Shown here piece by piece: positions 62,836 through 64,000 of a stretch of 64,000 nucleotides of DNA. Within the stretch, counting starts at the first letter, position 1. The number at the start of each line of letters is the position of its first letter. Made by a program: the position numbers and the translations under genes. Origin of the DNA: Ginglymostoma cirratum (taxonomy: Eukaryota); assembly GCA_024137785.1 (NCBI GenBank), contig JAHRHZ010000264.1, positions 16,271,946 through 16,335,945 on the forward strand. Reading direction: 5' to 3'. Below the pieces are notes generated by a model that searched no databases, was not told the DNA's origin, and was given only the letters and a program-made list of their open reading frames with translations.

Positions 62836-64000
62836 AAATAAAAATGGAAACTGTGACTACACACCAATAATGGCAGGGTTTAGACCAAAATTCACCTCAG
62901 CAACCTGAAAAGAACTCTGCATGTGTTTGAGGGTGAGTGAAATCACACCAAAGATTATCCCTTTGAAAATAGAGATTTTTAAAGGCGGTGTAGGAGGGAT
63001 GTCTGAATAGTGTGTAGAGATAAAGACATGATGAAAATGAGAAGTAAATCGCCACACTTCTTTATATAGTTTAGTAGATAATAAATGTTACTCATTTGCA
63101 CTGGCAGCATGTTGAATATCCAGCTGTACCAAGCTCCAGAATGCTAGTGACATTTATAATAACCCAAATTTATAATGGGATTTGGGTATGTAAACTCATC
63201 GTTCCAATTGCAGAACATGGCTGTCAAATTGATGTTAATTGTCCATGCTGTTTTCAAGAAAAAAATCTTCATATGCCATTCTTTTCTCACAAACAAAATT
63301 TCTGATGTCCTGAATGGAAGTTTTATAAAACGTTGTGTCACAAAAAAAATCAGGAGCTCAGATGTTTGACAATGAGATTATTGTATTTTTCAATTCCCAT
63401 GTACCTTGTATCTTTTAATACCTAGGTTACAGTTTACGTTCCAAAGTGTCAGGTTTTCCAAAAACCTTGGGCTGGATGTTGATAGTTTGCCCAGAGCCAT
63501 GACTCTGTGAGTTGAATTAAGATTGTAGAGTCTGAATGTGTGTAGTGTACAAATTGTTCAGAATGCATCTTGGGCTTTTCAAATAGTTAGACTGCAGCGA
63601 AATCCATCTTTAGCCTCTAGCACTTTCAAGTTGTTGTCGTTTCAGTGCTTTTTTTCTTTAAATAATTATGAAACATAAAATGACAGATTTTAAAAGTTTT
63701 ATTGAGGTCATGTTGAACAGTGCATATTTTGGCTATCAGCAGCAAATTGCAGAGTGTACAGACTGCCTGTCTGTTGATAGGGAACTTGGCCTATTTTGAG
63801 GGTGAAGCCTTATCATTTGTGTCCCATTTGGCATCCTGGCTGGCGCAGTATGAGTAATAGTAAAGAGGATCCAGCCCACAGGAAAATAATGATCATGTAC
63901 GGATGGGAACTTGGAGCAATTTTAGTCCACATGGTTTTGAAGTAGCTTGGAGGTACATACCTGCTCCTCCTCGTCCCTAGACCTGAAGTTAAGTTTTGGG

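Noticed and set aside
1-64000. Naming the host gene; prokaryotic systems such as CRISPR arrays or operons
   Set aside because: The candidate exon peptides match no protein I recognise, and the DNA is clearly vertebrate with no regularly spaced repeat-spacer array.

Overview
Eukaryotic, AT-rich vertebrate DNA, almost certainly a shark or ray: it carries HE1-type SINE tails, HER1/CR1 LINE 3' ends and Deu-domain (SacSINE1-like) SINEs. The window looks like a very large intron or regulatory gene desert. It has no intact long CDS, and nearly all listed ORFs are repeat remnants or noise. It holds many decayed transposons (CR1/HER1, L2, a second CR1/L2-group LINE with a partner tRNA-SINE, Harbinger transposase and Myb-like remnants, Gypsy remnants), repeat-poor blocks rich in developmental TF motifs, several short + strand segments with strong splice signals (host gene not identified), and three N gaps. 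The most striking signal is a family of short Penelope-like insertions, mostly arranged as inverted repeats between target-site duplications. They carry minimal hammerhead ribozyme cores (CUGANGA-A-stem II-GAAA-CGUH) whose palindromic ACGU implies dimer-dependent cleavage. All family assignments come from recognising motifs by eye, not from database searches.
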